Under the pieces are notes generated by a model, which saw nothing but the letters and a program-made list of their open reading frames with translations, did not search any database and was not told the DNA's origin. From contig NIVC01002817.1 in assembly GCA_002269645.1 (NCBI GenBank), positions 62,001-126,000 on the forward strand: 64,000 nt of DNA. The letters run 5' to 3'. Shown here one piece after another: positions 21,457 to 34,513 of the stretch; position 1 is the stretch's first letter; the number at the start of each line of letters is the position of its first letter. The stretch is from Macrostomum lignano. Taxonomy: Eukaryota. A program made the position numbers and the translations under genes.

Positions 21457-22133
21457 ATGCTTCCTGAAGCCCCTGCACACGCCCCTGAATTCAAAGGGCC
21501 TTCTGAACCCCCTTGCCAGCAACCCCTGCGGTGCCTTCTGGCACCCTTTCTGTCATCATCCTATAGCTCTGGCACTGACAACCTGTACATGTTTCACATC
21601 TGCAGTATAACTAGATCTCTAGGCTGGGGTAGTTATCCGGCCAAGTGAAGCTGCAGTCATGCAAATTGTAGATCATTCTGCATTGGTCCTGCAGCAGCAG
21701 CTGGCGCAGGCGTTGTACATGCAGTTGAGTCAGTGTTCACTTCAAACACCCCCCAGCCGCTGATCTCTTTTGTTATCTTAGCGAGTGGAAGTCCCGGTCA
21801 GCTGATTTCACTCTGGCTGAAATCGGCCTGGCTAAGCTAAATGCGAGCGGTCAGGCGAAAGAATAAATGATGCGCCCGTTTTCTGCTTGGTTAGCCGCGA
21901 CATGGTCCCGCGCAATGCCCCGCATCCTCCTCGTCCCTTGTGACGTCATCGCCCGGCAGCTCAAGAAAGAGGGCTAAGGAGGCAGGAAGGAGATTTAGCA
22001 TGTCAAGTTGCGGGGATCTGATTTTGGAAGATATGAAATATCATACTTGGCTTTGGCATTCAGTTTCCTGAGTAGCCATCAGATACAAGTGTGCGGGATA
22101 GACTACCTATGGATGTAGTTGAAAATCAGAAAC

Positions 22134-22560
22134 CGCCCCTCAAATGAAATGGCGCCCCCTAAAGTTAACTGGCTCCCCCTCAACTGAAATGGCGCCCCCT
22201 CAACTGAAATGGCGCCCCTCAACTGAGATGGCCCCCCTCAACTGAGATGGCGCCCCTCAACTGAAATGGCGCCCCTCAACTGAAATGGCGCCCCTCAACT
22301 GAAATGGCGCCCCTCAACTGAGATGGCGCCCTCTCAAATGAAATGGCGCCCCCCTCAAATGAAAAACCGCTAACTCAAATGGAATGGCGCCCCCCTCAAA
22401 TGAAAAACCGCTAACTCAAATGAAATGGCGCCCCCCTCAAATGAAAAACCGCTAACTCAAATGGAATGGCGGCGACACAAATAAAATGACGCCCTCTTAA
22501 ATGGAATTGCGCCCCAGCAATTGAAATGGCGCCCTCTCAACTAAAATGGCGCCTCGTTAA
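22134..22560. repeat. 19-bp minisatellite grading into 40-bp units
   Basis: Unit GGCGCCCCTCAACTGAAAT. Confidence 0.93.
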
Positions 22561-22950
22561 GGACGCCCCGCAGCTGGTTTTGCGAAGGTGATGGACTTCA
22601 ATTTGCATTTATGCAAAAATACTACCAGAGATGCACCTAGCCATGACTCTGAGATGCTGAGCGTACATTACATGCCTGGTGTGCGGCTTGTAAAATCCAT
22701 GACGATTATTTAACAGGAATAAATCATCGCCATGTGGTTCGGATATTCGAGTCTTTATTGAGGAATGCCGCCATTTTTCTGCTGCCCATTTCTAATCTCG
22801 GCAGTTAATTTTGCTGACTGCGCACTGCTTGCATGGCCGCTCATATCCGCTCTTGGCGTGCGTCTTGCTGCCCATCGGGCCCGTGACTCACCGCGTGCGG
22901 CATAGGAAAATGCGCGAGAAATGAATTGAAAATTTAAGCAGCCATTTTTT

Positions 22951-22957
22951 CTGTCTG

Positions 22958-23020
<63 letters not shown>

Positions 23021-23053
23021 GTGTCTGTCTGTCTGTGTGTCTGTCTGTCTTAG

Positions 23054-23090
<37 letters not shown>

Positions 23091-23145
23091 TAGTGTCTGT
23101 CTGTCTGTCTGTCTTCGTGTCTGCCTGTCTGTCTGTCTGTCTGCC

Positions 23146-23186
<41 letters not shown>

Positions 23187-23246
23187 TCGTGTCTGCCTGT
23201 CTGTCTGTCTGTCTGTCTTCGTGTCTGCCTGTCTGTCTGTCTGTCA

Positions 23247-23286
<40 letters not shown>

Positions 23287-23341
23287 TCGTGTCTGTCTGT
23301 CTGTCTGTGTGTCTGTCTGTCTGTCTGTCTTCGTGTCTGCC

Positions 23342-23382
<41 letters not shown>

Positions 23383-23433
23383 GTGTCTGTCTGTCTCTCT
23401 GTGTCTGTCTGTTTGTCTGTCTGTCTGTCTGGC

Positions 23434-23510
<77 letters not shown>

Positions 23511-23533
23511 GCCTGTCTGTCTGTCTGTCTGTG

Positions 23534-23578
<45 letters not shown>

Positions 23579-23581
23579 TCG

Positions 23582-23622
<41 letters not shown>

Positions 23623-23645
23623 TCGTGTCTGCCTGCCTGCCTGCC

Positions 23646-23740
<95 letters not shown>
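22951..23740. repeat. (CTGT)n microsatellite, interrupted
   Basis: Long CTGT run with TCTTAGTG and TCTTCGTG interruptions. Confidence 0.98.
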
Positions 23741-24328
23741 TGTCCGCCTTAATCTGTCTTACTATTTGTCTGTTTGCTTGCCTGTCTGTATTAGTGTGTC
23801 TGTCTGCATGTCTGGCCCATGTCCATCAGTTCTTTTGTCAGTCTAATTTTTCTGTTTGTCTTTTCGCGTAATATCTGCCGGCTGTATCGGCGGTATACTT
23901 CGTCCCCGCCGATCCTGACCCTCTTGGCAACAAGAACCCCAAGACGCCTAAGCCGGGTGTCGCGCGACATTCTTGGCAATAAATAATCGCATTTCTCCTG
24001 CCTATCGGCAAAGCGTGGAATGTGTCCCGCGGCCTGGGTTGAGGGGCAGTTTGCAACCTCAGTTGGAATCCCGGTGCGAACCCAGCAGAATTTACTCTGC
24101 AGTCACCAATATCATCACTTTGTTGCAACCAAAACTTCTGCTGAAAAAAAGCACTGCAGAATTTCAGTTTCCCACTCCAAGGAACGCAGCGGGTTAATAG
24201 AGTTAAAATGAGTGATGGAGAATGTGGACAGTTGTGGGGTGGCACTTTCTGGGGCATGAGAGCGGGGCTTCTGACATTCTGTTCAGAATAGTATAAAAGC
24301 AGACTGAAGGTATATATGATCTAAGCCG

Positions 24329-24748
24329 AGGGTGAGATGAGAGATAAGATCCAGACTGGAGGTGAGATGAGATAATCAAGACTGGGGGTGAGATAATAGA
24401 TAAGATTCCGACTGGGTGTGAGATTAGAGATAAGATCCAGACTGGGTGTGAGATTAGAGATAAGATCCAGACTGGGTGTGAGATTAGAGATAAGATCCAG
24501 ATTGGGTGTGAGATTAGAGATAAGATCCAGACTTGGTGTGAGATGAGAGATACGATCCAGATTGGAGGTGAGATGAGAGATAAGAATCAGACTGGTGTGA
24601 GATGAGAGATAAAACCCAGACTGGGGGTGAGATTAGAGAATCAAAACTGAGGTTGAGATGACAGATAAGATCAAGACTAGGGTGAGATGAGAGATAAGAT
24701 CAAGACTAGGGTGAGATGAGAGATAAGATCAAGACTAGGGTGAGATGA
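24329..24748. repeat. 30-bp (28-30) minisatellite
   Basis: Unit GGGTGTGAGATTAGAGATAAGATCCAGACT. Confidence 0.93.
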
Positions 24749-25379
24749 GAGATTCGCTCATCTCAGGGCAGATTGGGGTGCTGAGACAATGCAATGCTGA
24801 TTGTCTGGGAGAAGAATTTCTTAACTCTCAATCAGAAATTTTCACAGTGCTTCCAAAATCAGAAATCCCCGCGCTCGGCCGAAAGAGAGATCGGGGGTGG
24901 CAAATCCCGAAATCGAAGAACTTGTCCTCACCAACTGGAGATGAAGCCGGGAGCCGAGTTTAGCCCCAGCTCAAAGTGTGAGATCTTTCGGGACAGTCTC
25001 TCGCGCTGATGAAGCTGCGCGGACCTTTTCTCCACTCGAGGGCTCATGGCTTGGACTCCTAATTGTTTGAGTTCACACTGGGTCCGGGGGGTCAGAGACA
25101 GAGGGGCAGAGTGCCGCGAATTCGGTCTTTTTGTCGACTTGGCCAGCCCCTCAAAATCTGTGCCGCAGTTGCCGAGGGCGAAAGAAGTTGCCGGGCTGTC
25201 TGTGGGGCCAGCCGTCATTGAGTTAGCCTTGGCTTCGGCTGCCCGACCGCGGCTCAGTCGATAAAATCTCCAGCCGGCGAATTCCTTGATCTGCGTGTCA
25301 ATTGGGTGAAGGAGGGACTTCTCTGTGTGAGAGATTCTCTTTTGCAACTCTCTGATGAGTCGATTTAAGCACGAGTCTT

Positions 25380-26373
25380 ACCCGAATCTTCACTGAACCC
25401 GAATCTTCACTGAACCTGAATCTTCACTGAGCCCGAAACTTCACATAACCCGAATCTTCACTGAGCCCGAAACTTCACTAAACCCGAATCTTCACTGAAC
25501 CCGAATCTTCACTAAACCCGAATCATCACTGAACTCAAATCTTCACTAAACCCGAATCTTCACTAAATTCGAATCTTCACTAAACCCGAATCTTCACTGA
25601 CCCCGAATCTTCACTGAACCCGAATCTTCACTGAACCCGAATCTTCACTGACCCCGAATCTTCACTGAACCCGAATCTTCACTGAACCCGAATCTTCACT
25701 GAACCCGAATCTTCACTGACCCCGAATCTTCACTGAACCCGAATCTTCACTGAACCAGAATCTTTACTGAAACCGAATCTTTACTGAACCCGAATCTTCA
25801 CTGAACCCGAATCTTCACTGAACTCGAATCTTCACTGAACTCGAATCTTCACGAACCCGAATCTTCACTGAACTCGAATCTTTACTGAACCCGAATCTTT
25901 ACTGAACCCGAATCTTCACTGAACCCGAGTCTTCATCACTGAAATCTTCACTGAACTCAAATCTTCACTGAACCAGAATCTTTACTGAACCCGAGTCTTC
26001 ATCACTGAAATCTTCACTGAACTCAAATCTTCACTGAACCAGAATCTTTACTGAACCCGAATCTTCACTGAACCCGAATCTTCACTGAACTCGAATCTTT
26101 ACTGAACCCGAATCTTTACTGAACCCTAATCTTCACTGAACCCGAGTCTTCATCACTGAAATCTTCACTGAACTCAAATCTTCACTGAACTCAAATCTTT
26201 ACTGAACCCGAATCTTCACTGAACCCGAATCTTTACGGAACCAGAATCTTCACTGAACCCGAATATTCACTGAACCCGAATCTTTACTGAACCCGAATCT
26301 TCACTGAACCCGAGTCTTCATCACTAAACCCGAATCTTCACTAAACCCGGATCTTCACTGAACCCGAATATTC
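25380..26373. repeat. 17-bp minisatellite
   Basis: Unit CCCGAATCTTCACTGAA, more than 50 copies. Confidence 0.96.
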
Positions 26374-26891
26374 AGCAAAATTAATTTGTACCAACCTTAA
26401 TCTTAACCAATTCGAAATTTAATTGAAATATGAACTTAACTCGGTTTTATTGAACCGCAAAGTCTTGAGCCGGCAGCGCTCTGCTTTCCTGTATGCTTTT
26501 TTTCAGTGAGACTTTTGTCTAAATTAACTTAACAACTTTTTCCAGGTCCAGCATCCTAATCTGCAGCCTCATCCGCAGAGGCCGCGATGACAGCTGGTCA
26601 GATCCATTTTATGCCCAGCGGTCCGCCCTGCCGGCCCTCTGGGACTTTGTTTTGTTGCTTAGATTTTCTTTGAAACATATCGGCGCTTATCGCTTGAATA
26701 TTAGTCATATGAAACGAGTGTATTTATAGAATTAGACACAAAAATGATGATGGAAGACCCGGGCGCCTCCGATAGCGGTGGGGACTCGCTATTCAAGGAC
26801 ATCTGAGCAGTAAACTCTGGAGTGGAAACCCATTCGTTTCTAACACATTTTATCGCAAAATTTTGTGATTTCGCAGTTTTTGAGGATTAAA

Positions 26892-27475
26892 GATTTGGGA
26901 TTTGGGATTTGGAAGTTTTGGGGATTTGGGATTTGGGATTTGGAAGTTTTTGAGATTTGGGATTTGGGATTTGGAAGTTTTGGGGATTTGGGATTTGGGA
27001 TTTGGAAGTTTTGGGGATTTGGGATTTGGGATTTGGAAGTTTTTGAGATTTGGGATTTGGGATTTGGAAGTTTTGGGGATTTGGGATTTGGGATTTGGAA
27101 GTTTTGGAGATTTGGGATTTGGAAGTTTTGGAGATTTGGGATTTGGGAGTTTTTGGGATTTGGGATTTGGGATTTGGAAGTTTTTGGGATTTAGGACTTG
27201 GGAGTTTTTGGGATTTGATACTTGGGAGTTTTTGGGATTTGGGACTTGGAAGTTTCGGGGATTTGGGATTTGGGAGTTTTGGGGATTTGGAACTTGGAAG
27301 TTTCGGGGATTTGGGAGTTTTGGGGATTTGGGATTTGGAATTCGGGAGTTTTGAGATAGGGGGTTTTGAGAGTTTTAGGATGGGTTTAGAGAGTTTGGGG
27401 GTTTGGGATTTGGGAGTTTAGGGGATTTGCGATTTGAGTATTTTAAGGGTTTAGGGTTGGAGATTTTTGGGATTT
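26892..27475. repeat. G-rich (GGGATTT)-based degenerate repeat
   Basis: GGGATTTGGGATTTGGGATTTGGAAGTTTT higher units, degenerating 3'. Confidence 0.93.
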
Positions 27476-28084
27476 GAAAGAAAGAATCAGGACACTGGGA
27501 GTCGTAAGCTTGTCTGGGAGGCGCACAGTCCGCATCCAGATCGCCTGGGCTGGCCGATTCCAATCGCCAGCTGTTGCAGAAAAAACCTCCAAAAGAACGG
27601 AGGCAAGAATCATAATAAACTGCTTTTTATCAAGCCGCAATCTCCCCGGGAAAATTCTCCCCTCTCTTAGCGGCGCATCTGGGGAAGCTGTGGAGTTTCC
27701 TGTGCTGAGGGGATATTCGAGACCAGCCGGGGTGTTGACAGTGGCTGAGGGTGAGGAGAAGGCGCCGCATCACCTCCCTGTGGCTTATCACTTCTCCTTC
27801 CTCACTTGGTGGCGGCGGGTAGGAGCCGCGAGCCAGCGATATTAAAGTTTGCTGTGTGCTGTGTACACACACACACACTCTCTCACACACACACAGTAGC
27901 AGACCCGGTGCACACACCGCAATATCAAGTATTTAGACGTTGAGGCCCCAGGTTCCTCCTTATCAGCGACACAAGGTGAGAGAGCAAAGTCTCTATGTAA
28001 AAAAGATGAAGGAGCTCTGAGGCTGCAGGTCTGCTCCGTTCTTGACTGCATGAGTTTTTTGTTCTGTGTTGGGATAAGTGAGAG

Positions 28085-28712
28085 TGGGGGCAGAAGGGCT
28101 CGAGAGAGCGAGCAGTAACACAAGGAAAAGAGAGGGAGGGAGAAGTAGGGTGAGAGAGGGAACACGGGAGGGTAGGAGAAGAGGAGACAGGAGGGTGAGA
28201 GAGGGAGACTGGGGTTGAGAGAGGGAGAAAGAGAGGGAGACAGAGGGAGAGAGAGAGAAACAGGAGATGGAGAGAAGGGGAGACGGGAAGGTGAGGAAGG
28301 GGAGCCAGGAGGGTGAGGGAGAGGGGGAGACAGGAGGGTGAAGGGGGAGACAGGGAGTGAGGGGGAGACAGGAGGGAGAGGGAGAGGGGGAAACAGGGGG
28401 TGAGGGGGGAGACAGGGGGTGAGGGGGAGACAGGAGGGAGAGAGAGAGGGGGAGACAGGGGGTGAGGGGGAGACAGGGGGTGAGGGGGAGACAGGAGGGT
28501 GAGGGGTGACAAGAGGGCGAGAGAGATGAGAAAGGAGGAGGATGGAGTGAGACAGGGGGAGAGGGGAGACAGGAGGGAGAGGGAGAGGGGGAGACAGGAG
28601 GGTGAGGGGGAGACAGGAGGGCGAGGGGAGACAAGAGGGCGAGAGAGATGAGAAAGGAGGGTAAGAGAGCTGAGACAGGAGGGTGAGGGAAAGGGAGACA
28701 AGAGGGTGAGAG
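28085..28712. repeat. Purine-rich (GA) low-complexity repeat
   Basis: GGGGAGACAGGAGGGTGAG-type units. Confidence 0.9.
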
Positions 28713-29176
28713 CAGGTATCGACCATGGCTCGAGTTCGCATTTGAAAAGTTCACCCAGAGCTGGCCAAAGCTCGTAATGAGCGGGGAGTGAAGGCGGGCT
28801 GCAGTGCACTTGGTGCCTCTGCCCTATCGCACTATTATTAACACTGGGCTACTTGCAGTTCGCACCCCCGATCTCACTTCGCGTCTCTGTCCCTCCCTCC
28901 AGGGTCTCGTTTAGTTTGTCAATCAACGAATATCCAGAGGGCAGCCCCCCCCCACTGCACTGCTATTGACTTTGCGAACTGTATCGGTCATTTTGAAGCT
29001 CCCCCGAGCACTTGGGCGATAGGGAAGCTTGAAGGGGTTCAGTGTTTTTGTGAACTTTGCAGATGAGCTGTGGAAATTGACAGCTCTGTTGGCGCTCTGA
29101 CTGATCTGGTGCGGAAATAAATGTTGAGCTTTGATGCCAGTGACGCTTAACTGCGAGTCAAACTGTGCTAAATCCG

Positions 29177-29802
29177 GTGTCAGATGGTGCCTAATGTGTG
29201 TCAGATGGTGCCCAATGTGTGTCAGATGGTGCCTAATGTGTCAGAGAGGGATCCTAATATGGCTGTCAGATGGTTTGTAATGTGTCAGAGAGAGATCCTA
29301 ATACGGCTGTCAGATGGTGTCTAATTTGTCAGAGAAGGATCCTAATATGGCTGTCAGATGGTGTCTAATGTGTCAGAGATGGATCCTAATCTGGCTGTCA
29401 GATGGTGTCTAATGTGTCAGAGATGGATCCTAATCTGGCTGTCAGATGGTGTCTAATGTGTCAGAGAGGGATCCTAATCTGGCTGTCAGATGGTGTCTAA
29501 TGTGTCAGAGATGGATCCTAATCTGGCTGTCAGATGGTGTCTAATGTGTCAGAGAGGGATCCTAATCTGGCTGTCAGATGGTGTCTAATGTGTCAGAGAG
29601 GGATCCTAATACGGCTGTCAGATGGTGTCTAATGTGTCAGAGAGGGATCCTAATACGGCTGTCAGATGGTGTCTAATGTGTCAGAGAGGGATCCTAATAC
29701 GGCTGTCAGATGGTGTCTAATGTGTCAGAGAGGGATCCTAATACGGCTGTCAGATGGTGTCTAATGTGTCAGAGAGGGATCCTAATCTGGCTGTCAGATG
29801 GT
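29177..29802. repeat. 44-bp minisatellite
   Basis: Unit GTCAGATGGTGTCTAATGTGTCAGAGAGGGATCCTAATACGGCT. Confidence 0.95.
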
Positions 29803-30164
29803 CAGGGGAAGTGTCAGGGGAAGCCTAATAAAAGTGTCAAGAAAAGCATACCCCAATAAAGTGCCCTCCGCCCCAGGCTGTTTCTGCAGTCTCGCATTGC
29901 GCCTGTCTTCTAGGGCCCGCGAGGCTGTCAATAAAGCAAACAAACTTGCCCGGCTGCCTCGTGTCGGCTTTCCCGCTGCCCCAATTGCGGCGATTCGCGT
30001 GAATCCCCGACCGGCTTCTCGTATTCGTCTTTGCCTCGCTGTTTATCCGATTTTTTCTGGACCCGTTGGCCCCCCAATGCTGGTTCTCTGTTGTTTGTGC
30101 CAGTGAACTTATTTCTGCTTTTGATGCACTTTTGATGATGCAGCTGCTTGTGGGTATGACGAGA

Positions 30165-30480
30165 CTGGAGACTGGCGGGGAGAGGAAGATGAGAGAGGGC
30201 TGTGAGAGGGAGATGAGAGAGGGAAAAGGAGATAGGAGAGGGTAGGAGAGACAAGAGAGGGAGTGGGTAATAAAAGAGAAAGAGAGGGAGATAGGAGAGG
30301 GAAGATACGAGCGCAGGAGAGGGCGAGGGGGAAAGGAGAGGGTGAGGGAGAGGGGAGATAAGAGCGTAGGATAGAGAGAGGGAGATGGGAGGGAGAGGGA
30401 GTGATAGGGTACAAGAGAGATGGAAACAAGAGAGGGGAGACAAGAGAGGGGAGGGGGATAGAAGGGGAGAGAGACAAGCC
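30165..30480. repeat. Purine-rich (GA) low-complexity tract
   Basis: Almost only G and A on the + strand. Confidence 0.85.
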
Positions 30481-31283
30481 AGAGGAACGCAGCAGAGCGC
30501 TATCAGCCTGAAATTTCTCAAGCCTTACTAGGCTGCACGTTCACCTTCAGAGAATCAATCACGAAGGAGGCGGTTTTCACCAGCGGGGCTTATTGAGCAG
30601 GCATCAGACCGCCGGCTCGAGGCCTGACCATGTCGCTTGAAAAGTGCATCTGGCACCGCCTGGGCCTGACAGCTTACTTTCTGATCGTCAAGAAAATGAT
30701 GAAGCACCCATGGTCAGCTCTGCGGAGTCTGGAAGCGGCAGATGACGGCAAGTGCCAGAAGAATCAAAAATAACCCGGCCTGAAATTTCAGAGGCGCCCT
30801 GGGTGAATGAGTTTCCTAGGCAGGAAGTCATAAATCTTGCGGACACCTCGCCACGATCTCCCATTGTCTGCCATCAGCCTGGCGGCAAAATTTGCACCCG
30901 GGCGGGTCTCCGCTGCTGAGCCGCAGAGGATGGAGAGGGGAGACTGGCGCCAGGATCTCGCTGTCAGGCAATCAACAGGGTGTCATCGGATTCCGTAATT
31001 CAATTTGCAGATCTTGTTGCCGACTGGGCGACTGCGAGCTGGGTTCGAGGCTCAGGACTTCGGGCTCATTGGGGCCTGTTTTGCGTGCTTCTGCACTCAG
31101 CCAGCCAGTCAGTCAGTCAGCCAGTCTAATTGTCTGCCTGCCTGCCTGCCCTGTGCGCTGAAAGATGAGCTCTGCTGAAATTGGCGAGCCAGGAAGTCAG
31201 CAAGTCAACTTTGTGGGGAGCAGCTGGTGGTGCAGCCTGGCTTGAGATGCTCAGTGACATTTTGTGGGCTTTTTATTAGCTTT

Positions 31284-31712
31284 GAGTTCATTGGGTGAGT
31301 TTATGAGCTCATGACTATATGAGTGAGTTAGTGAATGACTTCGTGACGGAGTTCATGAGTGAGATCATGAGTGAGTTCATGAGTGAGTTCATGAGTGAGT
31401 TCATGAGTGAGTTCATGAGTGAGTTCATGAGTGAGTTCATGAGTGAGTTCATGAGTGAGTTCATGAGTGAGTTCATGAGTGAGTTCATGAGTGAGTTCAT
31501 GAGTGAGTTCATGCGTGAGTTCATGAGTGAGTTCATGAGTGAGTTCATGAGTGAGTTCATGAGTGAGTTCATGCGTGAGTTCATGAGTGAGTTCATAAGT
31601 GAGTTCATGAGTGAGTTCATGAGTGAGCTCATGAGTAAGTTCATGAGTGAGTTCATGAGTGAGTTCATAAGTGAGTTCATGAGTGAGTTCCTGAGTAAAT
31701 TCATGAGTGAGT
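31284..31712. repeat. 12-bp minisatellite
   Basis: Unit GAGTTCATGAGT. Confidence 0.96.
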
Positions 31713-32628
31713 TAGCATTTCAAAATGACATTCACTGCAGTCACTTGTTGGCTGACAATGAGGCAGGGAAGTGCAGGTCAGGCAGTTTGCAGTTACTCAG
31801 CTCAAATATTTGCTGACTGACAGCCCTGCACCCGGCACAGATGATAACTCCCGGGTCCGCAGATCAGGTCACCGCCCGTCTGCCAGCAGCATGGCAAATG
31901 TTTGACAGCAATTTTAATAAATCTGATGCAGCTCTATGAAAATGTCCCAACACAGCTCTCAGCTCACGGAAGCTAAAATATAATGCCTATAGATAGTATC
32001 ATCGTGGACTACTAAGTACGGTTATCTATATAGAATTTGGATTGGAAACCGGGGCTACTCCTGCAGAGACAATCCGCCAGCCCTCCGAGAGCTGCCAGTT
32101 AAGTTGAGTGGGCGGTGGCAGCAGCGGCGGTGCCATCACGCAAGCGCACCATCGGTCAGCTGACAGCTGAGGCCTCTCCGGCTGGGACTTCCTGATCGGA
32201 TTAATTATCTCGTTGGCCGGCCGGCCCTCCGTGTCCTCGCCAATGTTCTCTCCCTTCCCGGAATCTCATTGAAACTAAGCCCCCCCCTCTTAGCAGCAGC
32301 CTCATCTGAGCTGGGGAGGCTGGGAGACAGAACTTAGCGGAATACAATGGCAGGAAAAATGGACGGTCCCGCAGTCTGTCTGTCCTGACTGGAAATCGGC
32401 CGCAGCAAGCGATCGCCGCGGTTCCATCTCTGGGAGCCGATGAGAGTGAAGTTTCCTGACTGACGGTCTCGAAAACAATTGACGAGCTGGGCCAGAGTGA
32501 GTGAGGTGAAATGTGTGCCAATTTGGCTAATTCACTCACTTTCACTTGAGTCCGATTGCTCCGGTGTATGGTGGAGCTCTGGGGCCTCGGCTGGTGCGCT
32601 AATTTTCATCCCATGGTGCAAACCATGG

Positions 32629-33334
32629 GATGGCGCCAGATCAGAGATTATTAGAGATGGCGCCAGACTCAATTAGCAGAGATGGCGCCAGACTCAATTT
32701 GGAGAGATGACGCCAGACTCAATTATCAGAGATGGCGCCAGACTCAATTTGGAGAGATGGCGCCAGATCAGAGATTATCAGAGATGGCGCCAGACTCAAT
32801 TTGGAGAGATGGCGCCAGACTCAATTATCAGAGATGGCGCCAGACTCAATTTGGAGAGATGGCGCCAGATCAGAGATTATCAGAGATGGCGCCACACTCA
32901 ACTATCAGAGATGGCGCCAGACTCAATATTATCAGAGATGGCGCCACACTCAACTATCAGAGATAGCGCCAGACTCAATATTATCAGAGATGGCGCCAGA
33001 CTCAATATTATCAGAGATGGCGCCAGACTCAATTGTCAGAGATGGCGCCAGACTCAATATTATCAGAGATGGTGTCAGACTCAATTGTCAGAGATGGCGC
33101 CAGACTCAATATTATCAGAGATGGCGCCAGACTCAATATTATCAGAGATGGCGTCAGACTCAATTGTCAGAGATGGCGCCAGACTCAATATTATCAGAGA
33201 TGGCGCCAGACTCAATATTATCAGAGATGGCGCCAGACTCAATATTATCAGAGATGGCGTCAGACTCAATATTATCAGAGATGGCGCCAGACTCAATATT
33301 ATCAGAGATGGCGTCAGAATCAATTGTCAGAGAT
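32629..33334. repeat. 27-bp (24-27) minisatellite
   Basis: Unit CAGAGATGGCGCCAGACTCAATATTAT. Confidence 0.95.
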
Positions 33335-33890
33335 CGCTTATTCTCTCACCGCTTACTCTCTCACCGCTTACTCTCTCACCATTTACTCTCTCACCGCTTA
33401 CTCTCTCACCGCTTACTCTCTCATTGCTTACTTTCTCACCGCTTACCATCTCAACGCTTACTCTCTCAACGCTTACTCTCTCACCGCTTACTCTCTCATT
33501 GCTTACTCTCACCGCTTACTCTCTCACCGCTTACTCTCTCACCGCTTACTCTCTCACCGCTTACTCTCTCACCGCTTACTCTCTCACCGCTTACTCTCTC
33601 ACCGCTTACTCTCTCATTGCTTACTTTCTCACCGCTTACCATCTCAACGCTTACTCTCTCAACGCTTACTCTCTCACCGCTTACTCTCTCATTGCTTACT
33701 CTCACCGCTTACTCTCTCACCGCTTACTCTCTCACCGCTTACTCTCTCACCGCTTACTCTCTCACCGCTTACTCTCTCACCGCTTACTCTCTCACCGCTT
33801 ACTCTCTCACCGCTTACTCTCTCACCGCTTACTCTCTCACCGCTTACTCTCTCACCGCTTACTCTCTCACCGCTTACTCCTCTCTCCATC
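33335..33890. repeat. 15-bp minisatellite with 193-bp higher-order duplication
   Basis: Unit TTACTCTCTCACCGC; variant block at 33421 recurs at 33614. Confidence 0.95.
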
Positions 33891-34513
33891 TGACTCGTGC
33901 CCTCCATCCGACTTCACTTTCTCAGCAATTATCCAGTTTCCAAGAGCCCCATCATTCATTATCTTACTCAAACTCATACTTCAAACGAATTTTATTTGCC
34001 ATTCCAACTCAGCCGGTGCAGGTGAGTTTAATGGGCCCGCGGAGACCCTTCAACCCTCAACAGCCCCATTTTCGATACAAACTCCAATTTTAAAGTGAGT
34101 ATTTTATCCTTCAAGCCGCTGCACGCTTAACGTATCTGTATGTTTAGGCGGGGTCAGCGCACTACGAACTGGAGTTCTGATCTCGATTGCGTAACCACCC
34201 CTTAGTAATTAAGGCCAGCGACCCCATCGGCTCCTCAATCCCTGGCCTCTTCCTTCCTGCTTCTTTTAGTCGGCGACCTTTCATTCTCTTCTCCTGTCCA
34301 GCTGAGCTGTGGTGTGCTCAGCCTGTCTGAGTGGCTCTTCCGACATCTGCGGCTGCCCTCCCAGCCTCTCCTGTCCTTCATCTCTGCCGATCGCATTCTT
34401 GGCTTGATTTAGAAATCTCAGTTGACCAAGCTTTTGCTGTTGTTGTCGACTTCATTTGGATTTATCAGGAGCGGAGGATTGAAATCTTGAGGTTGGATTT
34501 TTAAGCTCAGTCT

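Noticed and set aside
26892-27475. Interstitial telomere or healed chromosome break
   Set aside because: The unit is GGGATTT with GGAAGTTTT interruptions, not tandem TTAGGG.
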